From NCBI GenBank assembly GCA_965240325.2, contig OZ251222.1, forward strand, positions 2,356,001-2,420,000: DNA of 64,000 nt, in the 5' to 3' direction. The notes beneath the pieces are model-generated. The model ran no database searches. It was not told where the DNA came from and saw only the letters and a list, made by a program, of their open reading frames with translations. Made by a program: the position numbers and the translations under genes. Below are positions 11,053 to 22,638 of the stretch, in pieces. Each line of letters opens with the position of its first letter. Position 1 is the first letter of the stretch. The stretch comes from Rebecca billardiae RCC1528 (lineage: Eukaryota; Protista; Haptophyta).

Positions 11053-12354
11053 TCAGCGCACGCGCTGCTCACCCTTGGTCTCGACGCAGTCCTGCAGCCG
11101 ACGCCGATAGGATTTGAACAGCGCCTGGATGAACTTCTTGTCGTTCCGTACCTCCTCGAACTTAGCCTTCACCACCTCCTCGAACTCCTTGAAGGTTGGC
11201 CGCTGCTTGCTCGGGTTGTCGGTGCACCACTTGTGCTTCCATGCGTTGAGAAGCTGCTCCACGCGCGCCCAGACATGCTCAATGAGCGACAAGTCGGCGC
11301 TGTTCGGCGGCCAGCTACGGCCCGGCTGACCCTCGGTCGACTTGGGGCCAAGGTGTCCCTCGGGGCCAAACCGCTCGTCGAGCCATTGGCGCACAGCCAG
11401 CGCCGTGTGGGGTGAGGCACTGTCCTGCTGGAAGATCATCTGTCTGATGAAGTTGCCGAAGAGCGCCTGGGCCTCCTTGTCCAGGAAAGGCAGCACGTCG
11501 TTCAGGTACTCCTTCCAGCACACGCCACGGCACTGCTTGCCGCGACCATTCTCATGCGTGCGGCCGTGAGTGCCCGTGGCAAAATAGAGCGGCGTGATGC
11601 CGCGAGAGCAGGCGCCGGCGTAGCCATGGATCACGCAGTCACCTGCCTGGACCTGGTTCAGCTTGCGCTTGGGCTCGTCACGCAGCGTCCACGACATCAC
11701 CGTGCTCCGGTTCGTGACGTCGAACTTGAAGTACTTCGAGTCGGTGAAGAACAGCCTGTCAACCATCGCCTTGACTCTCTGCAGCCACCGTGCGAACGCC
11801 ACCCGCTTCTTCGCCTGCTGAGCCGTGATCTGCTTCCTCACCTTGAGCGGCTCCCAATCCATCTTCTTCCGCGCCGCGCGGCGTAGCGTCTCGTCGGAGA
11901 CGTCGAGCGCGGACGCATCGAGCGATCCAGCACCGACGGCGCGGCACGCAGCCTTCCGCACACTCTGACCAGCCGGCCCGGCGCTGAGCTCGGACGTAAG
12001 CGCCGCCTGCGCCTTGGCACTGAGGCGTGGGCGTGGACCGCGCTTCGGCTTCCCGTCAGCATCGATGTGCCAGCCCTCCGTGTGCCAGTCCATGAACCAC
12101 TTCTTCATCGTCTTCTCGGTGACCTCGGCCGACCGCGCCGCCCTCTGGAAAGCTGAGGCCAACGGAGAGCCTTCATTGAGGCACAGCACGCACGCGCCGA
12201 TCGCATGGTGAAACCTCTCCGCAGGGCCCAGGGCCTTCGGGTTGTAATCCAGAGCAATACACTCCCGCGATACCCGCCTGTTCGGAGCGTAGCCGACGCG
12301 GTGGGCGCCTTTGCGCCCGCGCCGATCTTTGGGCGCGGTCGGCGCGCGGCCCAT
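11053..12354 (-). CDS. IS630/Tc1/mariner DDE transposase, 433 aa (DD47E)
   Basis: GPRPR linker, FFTDSK (first D), FQQDSASPH (second D) and WPPNSADLSLIEHVW (E) match Tc1 motifs GRPR, FSDE, FQQDNA and WPxxSPDLNPIE. Confidence 0.95.
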   Translation of the reverse strand: MGRAPTAPKDRRGRKGAHRVGYAPNRRVSRECIALDYNPKALGPAERFHHAIGACVLCLNEGSPLASAFQRAARSAEVTEKTMKKWFMDWHTEGWHIDADGKPKRGPRPRLSAKAQAALTSELSAGPAGQSVRKAACRAVGAGSLDASALDVSDETLRRAARKKMDWEPLKVRKQITAQQAKKRVAFARWLQRVKAMVDRLFFTDSKYFKFDVTNRSTVMSWTLRDEPKRKLNQVQAGDCVIHGYAGACSRGITPLYFATGTHGRTHENGRGKQCRGVCWKEYLNDVLPFLDKEAQALFGNFIRQMIFQQDSASPHTALAVRQWLDERFGPEGHLGPKSTEGQPGRSWPPNSADLSLIEHVWARVEQLLNAWKHKWCTDNPSKQRPTFKEFEEVVKAKFEEVRNDKKFIQALFKSYRRRLQDCVETKGEQRVR

Positions 12355-12834
12355 CAGCCGCCGCCGGCTGCTTGGCCACGACCGAAGATGAGTGCACGTT
12401 ACGTCCCGAGCCGCCCAAAGTTGATCTTACAGCTGACGAAGCGGTGTGGCCTCTATTCGAACTCGTTCCGTCCATGGCGAGCGCCCCATCGACGCAGCCG
12501 CCGCGTGCGCTGGGGCCGCACGCCCTCGCGGATGTGCGCTGGGCACGAGCTCGGCGCCACGGGTTGAGCTCGTCGAGCTATGACAAGCGGCGTGGCGCAA
12601 GTCCAACCCAGTGGAGGCCCCAACTGCCGGCCCCGCCGCCGCGCGGGAGCGTCCGATTAACCTCAGCTGCTCTGCGCAAGATGTGGGCTCCTGTGCCCCA
12701 CCAACTCGCCGGAGGCGGACGACGCGCTGGGATCGCTGCACGGCGGGAATATCCCCGACCCATGTGGACCGACGCCGGCCTCGCTCGCCGTCGCCCTCGC
12801 CCTCGTTCCGACTTTTCTACTACCTGCTCACTTA

Positions 12835-13624
12835 GGGACCCACAAATTTAGTTGCCGGCTGCAGCAGGCACGACTTTGTCTCAGCCCGCACGCCCGCTAC
12901 GCGCCGACCCGGGCAGAGCCCATCCGCCCGCGCATGCACCAGGCCCAGCCGCGTCAGTACATACCCACCCGGCCGCGGCACCCGCGCTCTGTGCGCCACG
13001 GTGTCGATGCGCCCGGCAGTCGGTGCGCATGCACGAGCCAGCCGGCGGGCAGCTACGGGCTGGTTTTCGGCGTGGAGCGCGGTCGTGTGAGCTGCATTAA
13101 TTCAGCTGACCCCCGGCTTTTGTGCATTCGGGAGTCGTGCTGCTACGGTGGGCGTGCCACGCGCCAACTCGACGCTGGCAAAATTAGGCGACGAAAGTGC
13201 ACGCGCAGCCACACGCAGCCCATATTGATGCTCTCGGAGCAGGCTCGGGCATGCACTCGATCGGCTCTGGCTGACGGCAGCGCCAAGCTGGCGGCGCGGC
13301 GCGAGGGTGCATGCGTGGCGTGGGCGGAGCTACGTCGCACACGCACCGCGCGGCGCGCGGCTCAGCGCACGGAGGCTGCCGACAGCCGGCGGCACGCAGG
13401 CAGGTCTGCTCGCCGCCAGTCGAGCTCGCCGGCCGCCGGGTACCAAACGTCAACCCAGGATGCACAGCCACGCCTATTTGCGAGGACTCGAGCAATCGGG
13501 TCCGGGCGCACCTCATGTGCACGGCAGTGGAGTGGGCCAAGTACGCCCCTGGTATGGTGGCGCGCCGCTGCTTTGCTGCGCTGATATGGCGAACAATGTC
13601 GGGAGGCTTAAACTTGTGAGGGAC
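12835..13624. mobile_element. Segment B, copy 2 (790 bp)
   Basis: Same ends and length as 1374-2163; TA at 12833-12834 and 13625-13626. Confidence 0.6.
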
Positions 13625-13637
13625 TAAGTGAGCAGCC

Positions 13638-16600
13638 TCGGCTGAGGCCGTGAGCTGCCGTAGGCTGATCTGACCCGACAAAAGTCGGCGCGCGAGCGCG
13701 CGCGCGCGCGGCGCGGCGCCGCCCCGCTGGCACGTGGGCTCGGTGTGCCTGGGCCGCGCCGAGTGCCCCGCACCCGGATCTCGCCCAGCTAGCTCGTCCT
13801 CGCCGCGCTCTGAGGCCCCCGTAGCAGTCGTAGCTGCTCGCCGCCGCCGCAGATCGTGAAGACCAGCTGCTGTCAGCTGCTCGCTCTGAGCCGGGACATG
13901 GGGCCGCGTGGAGGAGGCGCCGTGCGGCCGGGCGCGCGCGTGCGCGTCGAGCGGCCCCTGGGCGCACTGCTCACGCGTCGGCGCGCCCGCCCGGCGCGCG
14001 CATCATCGCTCAGTCGCGCCGCTCTGCTGAGCTAGCCGCCGCTGGTCGCAGCCGTCGGCTGAGGCCGTGAGCTGCCGTAGGCTGATCTGACCCGACAAAA
14101 GTCGGCGCGCGAGCGCGCGCGCGCGCGGCGCGGCGCCGCCCCGCTGGCACGTGGGCTCGGTGTGCCTGGGCCGCGCCGAGTGCCCCGCACCCCGATCTCG
14201 CCCAGCTAGCTCGTCCTCGCCGCGCTCTGAGGCCCCCGTAGCAGTCGTAGCTGCTCGCCGCCGCCGCAGATCGTGAAGACCAGCTGCTGTCAGCTGCTCG
14301 CTCTGAGCCGGGACATGGGGCCGCGAGGAGGAGGCGCCGTGCGGCCGGGCGCGCGCGTGCGCGTCGAGCGGCCCCGGGGCGCACTGCTCACGTGTCGGCG
14401 TGCCCGCCCGGCGCGCGCATCATCGCTCAGTCGCGCCGCTCTGCTGAGCTAGCCGCCGCTGGTCGCAGCCGTCGGCTGAGGCCGTGAGCTGCCGTCAGCT
14501 GATCTGACCCGACAAAAGTCGGCGCGAGCGCGCGCGCGCGCGCGGCGCCGCGCCGCCCCGCTGGCACGTGGGCTCGGTGTGCCTGGGCCACGCAGAGCAC
14601 CCCGCACCCGGATCTCGCCCAGCTAGCTCGTCCTCGCCGCGCTCTGAGGCCCCCGTAGCAGTCGTAGCTGCTCGCCGCCGCCGCAGATCGTGAAGACCAG
14701 CTGCTGTCAGCTGCTCGCTCTGAGCCGGGACATGGGGCCGCGTGGAGGAGGCGCCGTGCGGCCGGGCGCGCGCGTGCGCGTCGAGCGGCCCCTGGGCGCA
14801 CTGCTCACGCGTCGGCGCGCCCGCCCGGCGCGCGCATCATCGCTCAGTCGCGCCGCTCTGCTGAGCTAGCCGCCGCTGGTCGCAGCCGTCGGCTGAGGCC
14901 GTGAGCTGCCGTAGGCTGATCTGACCCGACAAAAGTCGGCGCGCGAGCGCGCGCGCGCGCGGCGCGGCGCCGCCCCGCTGGCACGTGGGCTCGGTGTGCC
15001 TGGGCCGCGCCGAGTGCCCCGCACCCCGATCTCGCCCAGCTAGCTCGTCCTCGCCGCGCTCTGAGGCCCCCGTAGCAGTCGTAGCTGCTCGCCGCCGCCG
15101 CAGATCGTGAAGACCAGCTGCTGTCAGCTGCTCGCTCTGAGCCGGGACATGGGGCCGCGAGGAGGAGGCGCCGTGCGGCCGGGCGCGCGCGTGCGCGTCG
15201 AGCGGCCCCGGGGCGCACTGCTCACGTGTCGGCGTGCCCGCCCGGCGCGCGCATCATCGCTCAGTCGCGCCGCTCTGCTGAGCTAGCCGCCGCTGGTCGC
15301 AGCCGTCGGCTGAGGCCGTGAGCTGCCGTCAGCTGATCTGACCCGACAAAAGTCGGCGCGAGCGCGCGCGCGCGCGCGGCGCCGCGCCGCCCCGCTGGCA
15401 CGTGGGCTCGGTGTGCCTGGGCCACGCAGAGCACCCCGCACCCGGATCTCGCCCAGCTAGCTCGTCCTCGCCGCGCTCTGAGGCCCCCGTAGCAGTCGTA
15501 GCTGCTCGCCGCCGCCGCAGATCGTGAAGACCAGCTGCTGTCAGCTGCTCGCTCTGAGCCGGGACATGGGGCCGCGAGGAGGAGGCGCCGTGCGGCCGGG
15601 CGCGCGCGTGCGCGTCGAGCGGCCCCGGGGCGCACTGCTCACGCGTCGGCGTGCCCGCCCGGCGCGCGCATCATCGCTCAGTCGCGCCGCTCTGCTGAGC
15701 TAGCCGCCGCTGGTCGCAGCCGTCGGCTGAGGCCGTGAGCTGCCGTAAGCTGATCTGACCCGACAAAAGTCGGCGCGCGAGCGCGCGCGCGCGGCGCGCC
15801 GCGCCACCTCGCTGGCACGTGGGCTCGGTGCGCCTGGGCCGCGCCGAGCACCCCGCACCCGGATCTCGCCCAGCTAGCTCGTCCTCGCCGCGCTCTGAGG
15901 CCCCCGTAGCAGTCGTAGCTGCTCGCCGCCGCCGCAGATCGTGAAGACCAGCTGCTGTCAGCTGCTCGCTCTGAGCCGGGACATGGGGCCGCGTGGAGGA
16001 GACGCCGTGCGGCCGGGCGCGCGCGTGCGCGTCGAGCGGCACCCGGGCGCACTGCTCACGTGTCGGCGCGCCCGCCCGGCGCGCGCATCATCGCTCAGTC
16101 GCGCCGCTCTGCTGAGCTAGCCGCCGCTGGTCGCAGCCGTCGGCTGAGGCCGTGAGCTGCCGTAAGCTGATCTGACCCGACAAAAGTCGGCGCGCGAGCG
16201 CGCGCGCGCGGCGCGCCGCGCCACCTCGCTGGCACGTGGGCTCGGTGCGCCTGGGCCGCGCCGAGCGTCCCGCACCCCGATCGCGCCCAGCCCGCGCGTC
16301 CTCGCCGCGCTCTGAGGTCCCCGTAGCAGTCGTAGCTGCTCGCCGCCGCCGCAGATCGTGAAGACCAGTTGCTGTCAGCTGCTCGCTCTGAGCCGGGACA
16401 TGGGGCCGCGAGGAGGAGGCGCCGTGCGGCCGGGCGCGCGCGTGCGCGTCGAGCGGCCCCGGGGCGCACTGCTCACGCGTCGGCGTGCCCGCCCGGCGCG
16501 CGCATCATCGCTCAGTCGCGCCGCTCTGCTGAGCTAGCCGCCGCTGGTCGCAGCCGTCGGCTGAGGCCGTGAGCTGCCGTCAGCTGATCTGACCCGACAA

Positions 16601-19600
16601 AAGTCGGCGCGAGCGCGCGCGCGCGCGCGGCGCCGCGCCGCCCCGCTGGCACGTGGGCTCGGTGTGCCTGGGCCACGCAGAGCACCCCGCACCCGGATCT
16701 CGCCCAGCTAGCTCGTCCTCGCCGCGCTCTGAGGCCCCCGTAGCAGTCGTAGCTGCTCGCCGCCGCCGCAGATCGTGAAGACCAGCTGCTGTCAGCTGCT
16801 CGCTCTGAGCCGGGACATGGGGCCGCGAGGAGGAGGCGCCGTGCGGCCGGGCGCGCGCGTGCGCGTCGAGCGGCCCCGGGGCGCACTGCTCACGCGTCGG
16901 CGTGCCCGCCCGGCGCGCGCATCATCGCTCAGTCGCGCCGCTCTGCTGAGCTAGCCGCCGCTGGTCGCAGCCGTCGGCTGAGGCCGTGAGCTGCCGTCAG
17001 CTGATCTGACCCGACAAAAGTCGGCGCGAGCGCGCGCGCGCGCGCGGCGCCGCGCCGCCCCGCTGGCACGTGGGCTCGGTGTGCCTGGGCCACGCAGAGC
17101 ACCCCGCACCCGGATCTCGCCCAGCTAGCTCGTCCTCGCCGCGCTCTGAGGCCCCCGTAGCAGTCGTAGCTGCTCGCCGCCGCCGCAGATCGTGAAGACC
17201 AGCTGCTGTCAGCTGCTCGCTCTGAGCCGGGACATGGGGCCGCGAGGAGGAGGCGCCGTGCGGCCGGGCGCGCGCGTGCGCGTCGAGCGGCCCCGGGGCG
17301 CACTGCTCACGCGTCGGCGTGCCCGCCCGGCGCGCGCATCATCGCTCAGTCGCGCCGCTCTGCTGAGCTAGCCGCCGCTGGTCGCAGCCGTCGGCTGAGG
17401 CCGTGAGCTGCCGTAAGCTGATCTGACCCGACAAAAGTCGGCGCGCGAGCGCGCGCGCGCGGCGCGCCGCGCCACCTCGCTGGCACGTGGGCTCGGTGCG
17501 CCTGGGCCGCGCCGAGCACCCCGCACCCGGATCTCGCCCAGCTAGCTCGTCCTCGCCGCGCTCTGAGGCCCCCGTAGCAGTCGTAGCTGCTCGCCGCCGC
17601 CGCAGATCGTGAAGACCAGCTGCTGTCAGCTGCTCGCTCTGAGCCGGGACATGGGGCCGCGTGGAGGAGACGCCGTGCGGCCGGGCGCGCGCGTGCGCGT
17701 CGAGCGGCACCCGGGCGCACTGCTCACGTGTCGGCGCGCCCGCCCGGCGCGCGCATCATCGCTCAGTCGCGCCGCTCTGCTGAGCTAGCCGCCGCTGGTC
17801 GCAGCCGTCGGCTGAGGCCGTGAGCTGCCGTAAGCTGATCTGACCCGACAAAAGTCGGCGCGCGAGCGCGCGCGCGCGGCGCGCCGCGCCACCTCGCTGG
17901 CACGTGGGCTCGGTGCGCCTGGGCCGCGCCGAGCGTCCCGCACCCCGATCGCGCCCAGCCCGCGCGTCCTCGCCGCGCTCTGAGGTCCCCGTAGCAGTCG
18001 TAGCTGCTCGCCGCCGCCGCAGATCGTGAAGACCAGTTGCTGTCAGCTGCTCGCTCTGAGCCGGGACATGGGGCCGCGAGGAGGAGGCGCCGTGCGGCCG
18101 GGCGCGCGCGTGCGCGTCGAGCGGCCCCGGGGCGCACTGCTCACGCGTCGGCGTGCCCGCCCGGCGCGCGCATCATCGCTCAGTCGCGCCGCTCTGCTGA
18201 GCTAGCCGCCGCTGGTCGCAGCCGTCGGCTGAGGCCGTGAGCTGCCGTCAGCTGATCTGACCCGACAAAAGTCGGCGCGAGCGCGCGCGCGCGCGCGGCG
18301 CCGCGCCGCCCCGCTGGCACGTGGGCTCGGTGTGCCTGGGCCACGCAGAGCACCCCGCACCCGGATCTCGCCCAGCTAGCTCGTCCTCGCCGCGCTCTGA
18401 GGCCCCCGTAGCAGTCGTAGCTGCTCGCCGCCGCCGCAGATCGTGAAGACCAGCTGCTGTCAGCTGCTCGCTCTGAGCCGGGACATGGGGCCGCGAGGAG
18501 GAGGCGCCGTGCGGCCGGGCGCGCGCGTGCGCGTCGAGCGGCCCCGGGGCGCACTGCTCACGCGTCGGCGTGCCCGCCCGGCGCGCGCATCATCGCTCAG
18601 TCGCGCCGCTCTGCTGAGCTAGCCGCCGCTGGTCGCAGCCGTCGGCTGAGGCCGTGAGCTGCCGTCAGCTGATCTGACCCGACAAAAGTCGGCGCGAGCG
18701 CGCGCGCGCGCGCGGCGCCGCGCCGCCCCGCTGGCACGTGGGCTCGGTGTGCCTGGGCCACGCAGAGCACCCCGCACCCGGATCTCGCCCAGCTAGCTCG
18801 TCCTCGCCGCGCTCTGAGGCCCCCGTAGCAGTCGTAGCTGCTCGCCGCCGCCGCAGATCGTGAAGACCAGCTGCTGTCAGCTGCTCGCTCTGAGCCGGGA
18901 CATGGGGCCGCGAGGAGGAGGCGCCGTGCGGCCGGGCGCGCGCGTGCGCGTCGAGCGGCCCTGGGGCGCACTGCTCACGCGTCGGCGTGCCCGCCCGGCG
19001 CGCGCATCATCGCTCAGTCGCGCCGCTCTGCTGAGCTAGCCGCCGCTGGTCGCAGCCGTCGGCTGAGGCCGTGAGCTGCCGTAAGCTGATCTGACCCGAC
19101 AAAAGTCGGCGCGCGAGCGCGCGCGCGCGGCGCGCCGCGCCACCTCGCTGGCACGTGGGCTCGGTGCGCCTGGGCCGCGCCGAGCACCCCGCACCCGGAT
19201 CTCGCCCAGCTAGCTCGTCCTCGCCGCGCTCTGAGGCCCCCGTAGCAGTCGTAGCTGCTCGCCGCCGCCGCAGATCGTGAAGACCAGCTGCTGTCAGCTG
19301 CTCGCTCTGAGCCGGGACATGGGGCCGCGTGGAGGAGACGCCGTGCGGCCGGGCGCGCGCGTGCGCGTCGAGCGGCACCCGGGCGCACTGCTCACGTGTC
19401 GGCGCGCCCGCCCGGCGCGCGCATCATCGCTCAGTCGCGCCGCTCTGCTGAGCTAGCCGCCGCTGGTCGCAGCCGTCGGCTGAGGCCGTGAGCTGCCGTA
19501 AGCTGATCTGACCCGACAAAAGTCGGCGCGCGAGCGCGCGCGCGCGGCGCGCCGCGCCACCTCGCTGGCACGTGGGCTCGGTGCGCCTGGGCCGCGCCGA

Positions 19601-20726
19601 GCGTCCCGCACCCCGATCGCGCCCAGCCCGCGCGTCCTCGCCGCGCTCTGAGGTCCCCGTAGCAGTCGTAGCTGCTCGCCGCCGCCGCAGATCGTGAAGA
19701 CCAGTTGCTGTCAGCTGCTCGCTCTGAGCCGGGACATGGGGCCGCGAGGAGGAGGCGCCGTGCGGCCGGGCGCGCGCGTGCGCGTCGAGCGGCCCCGGGG
19801 CGCACTGCTCACGCGTCGGCGTGCCCGCCCGGCGCGCGCATCATCGCTCAGTCGCGCCGCTCTGCTGAGCTAGCCGCCGCTGGTCGCAGCCGTCGGCTGA
19901 GGCCGTGAGCTGCCGTCAGCTGATCTGACCCGACAAAAGTCGGCGCGAGCGCGCGCGCGCGCGCGGCGCCGCGCCGCCCCGCTGGCACGTGGGCTCGGTG
20001 TGCCTGGGCCACGCAGAGCACCCCGCACCCGGATCTCGCCCAGCTAGCTCGTCCTCGCCGCGCTCTGAGGCCCCCGTAGCAGTCGTAGCTGCTCGCCGCC
20101 GCCGCAGATCGTGAAGACCAGCTGCTGTCAGCTGCTCGCTCTGAGCCGGGACATGGGGCCGCGAGGAGGAGGCGCCGTGCGGCCGGGCGCGCGCGTGCGC
20201 GTCGAGCGGCCCCGGGGCGCACTGCTCACGCGTCGGCGTGCCCGCCCGGCGCGCGCATCATCGCTCAGTCGCGCCGCTCTGCTGAGCTAGCCGCCGCTGG
20301 TCGCAGCCGTCGGCTGAGGCCGTGAGCTGCCGTAGGCTGATCTGACCCGACAAAAGTCGGCGCGCGAGCGCGCGCTCGCGCGGCGCGGCGCCGCCCCGCT
20401 GGCACGTGGGCTCGGTGTGCCTGGGCCGCGCCGAGTGCCCCGCACCCCGATCTCGCCCAGCTAGCTCGTCCTCGCCGCGCTCTGAGGCCCCCGTAGCAGT
20501 CGTAGCTGCTCGCCGCCGCCGCAGATCGTGAAGACCAGTTGCTGTCAGCTGCTCGCTCTGAGCCGGGACATGGGGCCGCGTGGAGGAGGCGCCGTGCGGC
20601 CGGGCGCGCGCGCGCGCGTCGAGCGGCCCCGGGGCGCACTGCTCACGCGTCGGCGTGCCCGCCCGGCGCGCACATCATCGCTCAGTCGCGCCGCTCTGCT
20701 GAGCTAGCCGCCGCTGGTCGCAGCTG
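13638..20726. repeat. 417-bp tandem satellite, 17 monomers
   Basis: Variant order a b [c/a] b c d e c c d e c c' d e c z. Confidence 0.97.
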
Positions 20727-20845
20727 TCGTGAGACGTGACGTTAGACGTAGAGTAAGCTATAGCCTATAGGCTGATATGATATGACTCGAGATCTACTAT
20801 ACTGAGCAGCTAATAAACTATACCATCATTGTCCGACACTGCTCT

Positions 20846-22147
20846 TCAGCGCACGCGCTGCTCACCCTTGGTCTCGACGCAGTCCTGCAGCCGACGCCGA
20901 TAGGATTTGAACAGCGCCTGGATGAACTTCTTGTCGTTCCGTACCTCCTCGAACTTAGCCTTCACCACCTCCTCGAACTCCTTGAAGGTTGGCCGCTGCT
21001 TGCTCGGGTTGTCGGTGCACCACTTGTGCTTCCATGCGTTGAGAAGCTGCTCCACGCGCGCCCAGACATGCTCAATGAGCGACAAGTCGGCGCTGTTCGG
21101 CGGCCAGCTACGGCCCGGCTGACCCTCGGTCGACTTGGGGCCAAGGTGTCCCTCGGGGCCAAACCGCTCGTCGAGCCATTGGCGCACAGCCAGCGCCGTG
21201 TGGGGTGAGGCACTGTCCTGCTGGAAGATCATCTGTCTGATGAAGTTGCCGAAGAGCGCCTGGGCCTCCTTGTCCAGGAAAGGCAGCACGTCGTTCAGGT
21301 ACTCCTTCCAGCACACGCCACGGCACTGCTTGCCGCGACCATTCTCATGCGTGCGGCCGTGAGTGCCCGTGGCAAAATAGAGCGGCGTGATGCCGCGAGA
21401 GCAGGCGCCGGCGTAGCCATGGATCACGCAGTCACCTGCCTGGACCTGGTTCAGCTTGCGCTTGGGCTCGTCACGCAGCGTCCACGACATCACCGTGCTC
21501 CGGTTCGTGACGTCGAACTTGAAGTACTTCGAGTCGGTGAAGAACAGCCTGTCAACCATCGCCTTGACTCTCTGCAGCCACCGTGCGAACGCCACCCGCT
21601 TCTTCGCCTGCTGAGCCGTGATCTGCTTCCTCACCTTGAGCGGCTCCCAATCCATCTTCTTCCGCGCCGCGCGGCGTAGCGTCTCGTCGGAGACGTCGAG
21701 CGCGGACGCATCGAGCGATCCAGCACCGACGGCGCGGCACGCAGCCTTCCGCACACTCTGACCAGCCGGCCCGGCGCTGAGCTCGGACGTAAGCGCCGCC
21801 TGCGCCTTGGCACTGAGGCGTGGGCGTGGACCGCGCTTCGGCTTCCCGTCAGCATCGATGTGCCAGCCCTCCGTGTGCCAGTCCATGAACCACTTCTTCA
21901 TCGTCTTCTCGGTGACCTCGGCCGACCGCGCCGCCCTCTGGAAAGCTGAGGCCAACGGAGAGCCTTCATTGAGGCACAGCACGCACGCGCCGATCGCATG
22001 GTGAAACCTCTCCGCAGGGCCCAGGGCCTTCGGGTTGTAATCCAGAGCAATACACTCCCGCGATACCCGCCTGTTCGGAGCGTAGCCGACGCGGTGGGCG
22101 CCTTTGCGCCCGCGCCGATCTTTGGGCGCGGTCGGCGCGCGGCCCAT
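20846..22147 (-). CDS. IS630/Tc1/mariner transposase, 433 aa
   Basis: Translation identical to 11053..12354. Confidence 0.95.
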   Translation of the reverse strand: MGRAPTAPKDRRGRKGAHRVGYAPNRRVSRECIALDYNPKALGPAERFHHAIGACVLCLNEGSPLASAFQRAARSAEVTEKTMKKWFMDWHTEGWHIDADGKPKRGPRPRLSAKAQAALTSELSAGPAGQSVRKAACRAVGAGSLDASALDVSDETLRRAARKKMDWEPLKVRKQITAQQAKKRVAFARWLQRVKAMVDRLFFTDSKYFKFDVTNRSTVMSWTLRDEPKRKLNQVQAGDCVIHGYAGACSRGITPLYFATGTHGRTHENGRGKQCRGVCWKEYLNDVLPFLDKEAQALFGNFIRQMIFQQDSASPHTALAVRQWLDERFGPEGHLGPKSTEGQPGRSWPPNSADLSLIEHVWARVEQLLNAWKHKWCTDNPSKQRPTFKEFEEVVKAKFEEVRNDKKFIQALFKSYRRRLQDCVETKGEQRVR

Positions 22148-22638
22148 CAGCCGCCGCCGGCTGCTTGGCCACGACCGAAGATGAGTGCACGTTACGTCCC
22201 GAGCCGCCCAAAGTTGATCTTACAGCTGACGAAGCGGTGTGGCCTCTATTCGAACTCGTTCCGTCCATGGCGAGCGCCCCATCGACGCAGCCGCCGCGTG
22301 CGCTGGGGCCGCACGCCCTCGCGGATGTGCGCTGGGCACGAGCTCGGCGCCACGGGTTGAGCTCGTCGAGCTATGACAAGCGGCGTGGCGCAAGTCCAAC
22401 CCAGTGGAGGCCCCAACTGCCGGCCCCGCCGCCGCGCGGGAGCGTCCGATTAACCTCAGCTGCTCTGCGCAAGATGTGGGCTCCTGTGCCCCACCAACTC
22501 GCCGGAGGCGGACGACGCGCTGGGATCGCTGCACGGCGGGAATATCCCCGACCCATGTGGACCGACGCCGGCCTCGCTCGCCGTCGCCCTCGCCCTCGTT
22601 CCGACTTTTCTACTACCTGCTCACTTAAGTGAGCAGCC

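Larger units (their letters stand above)
2166..12832 (-). mobile_element. Element A, copy 1 (10667 bp)
   Basis: TA|AGTGAGCAG ... CTGCTCACT|TA; 21 x 417-bp monomers plus the transposase gene. Confidence 0.92.
13627..22625 (-). mobile_element. Element A, copy 2 (8999 bp)
   Basis: Same TIRs and TA flanks; exactly 4 x 417 bp shorter than copy 1. Confidence 0.92.
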
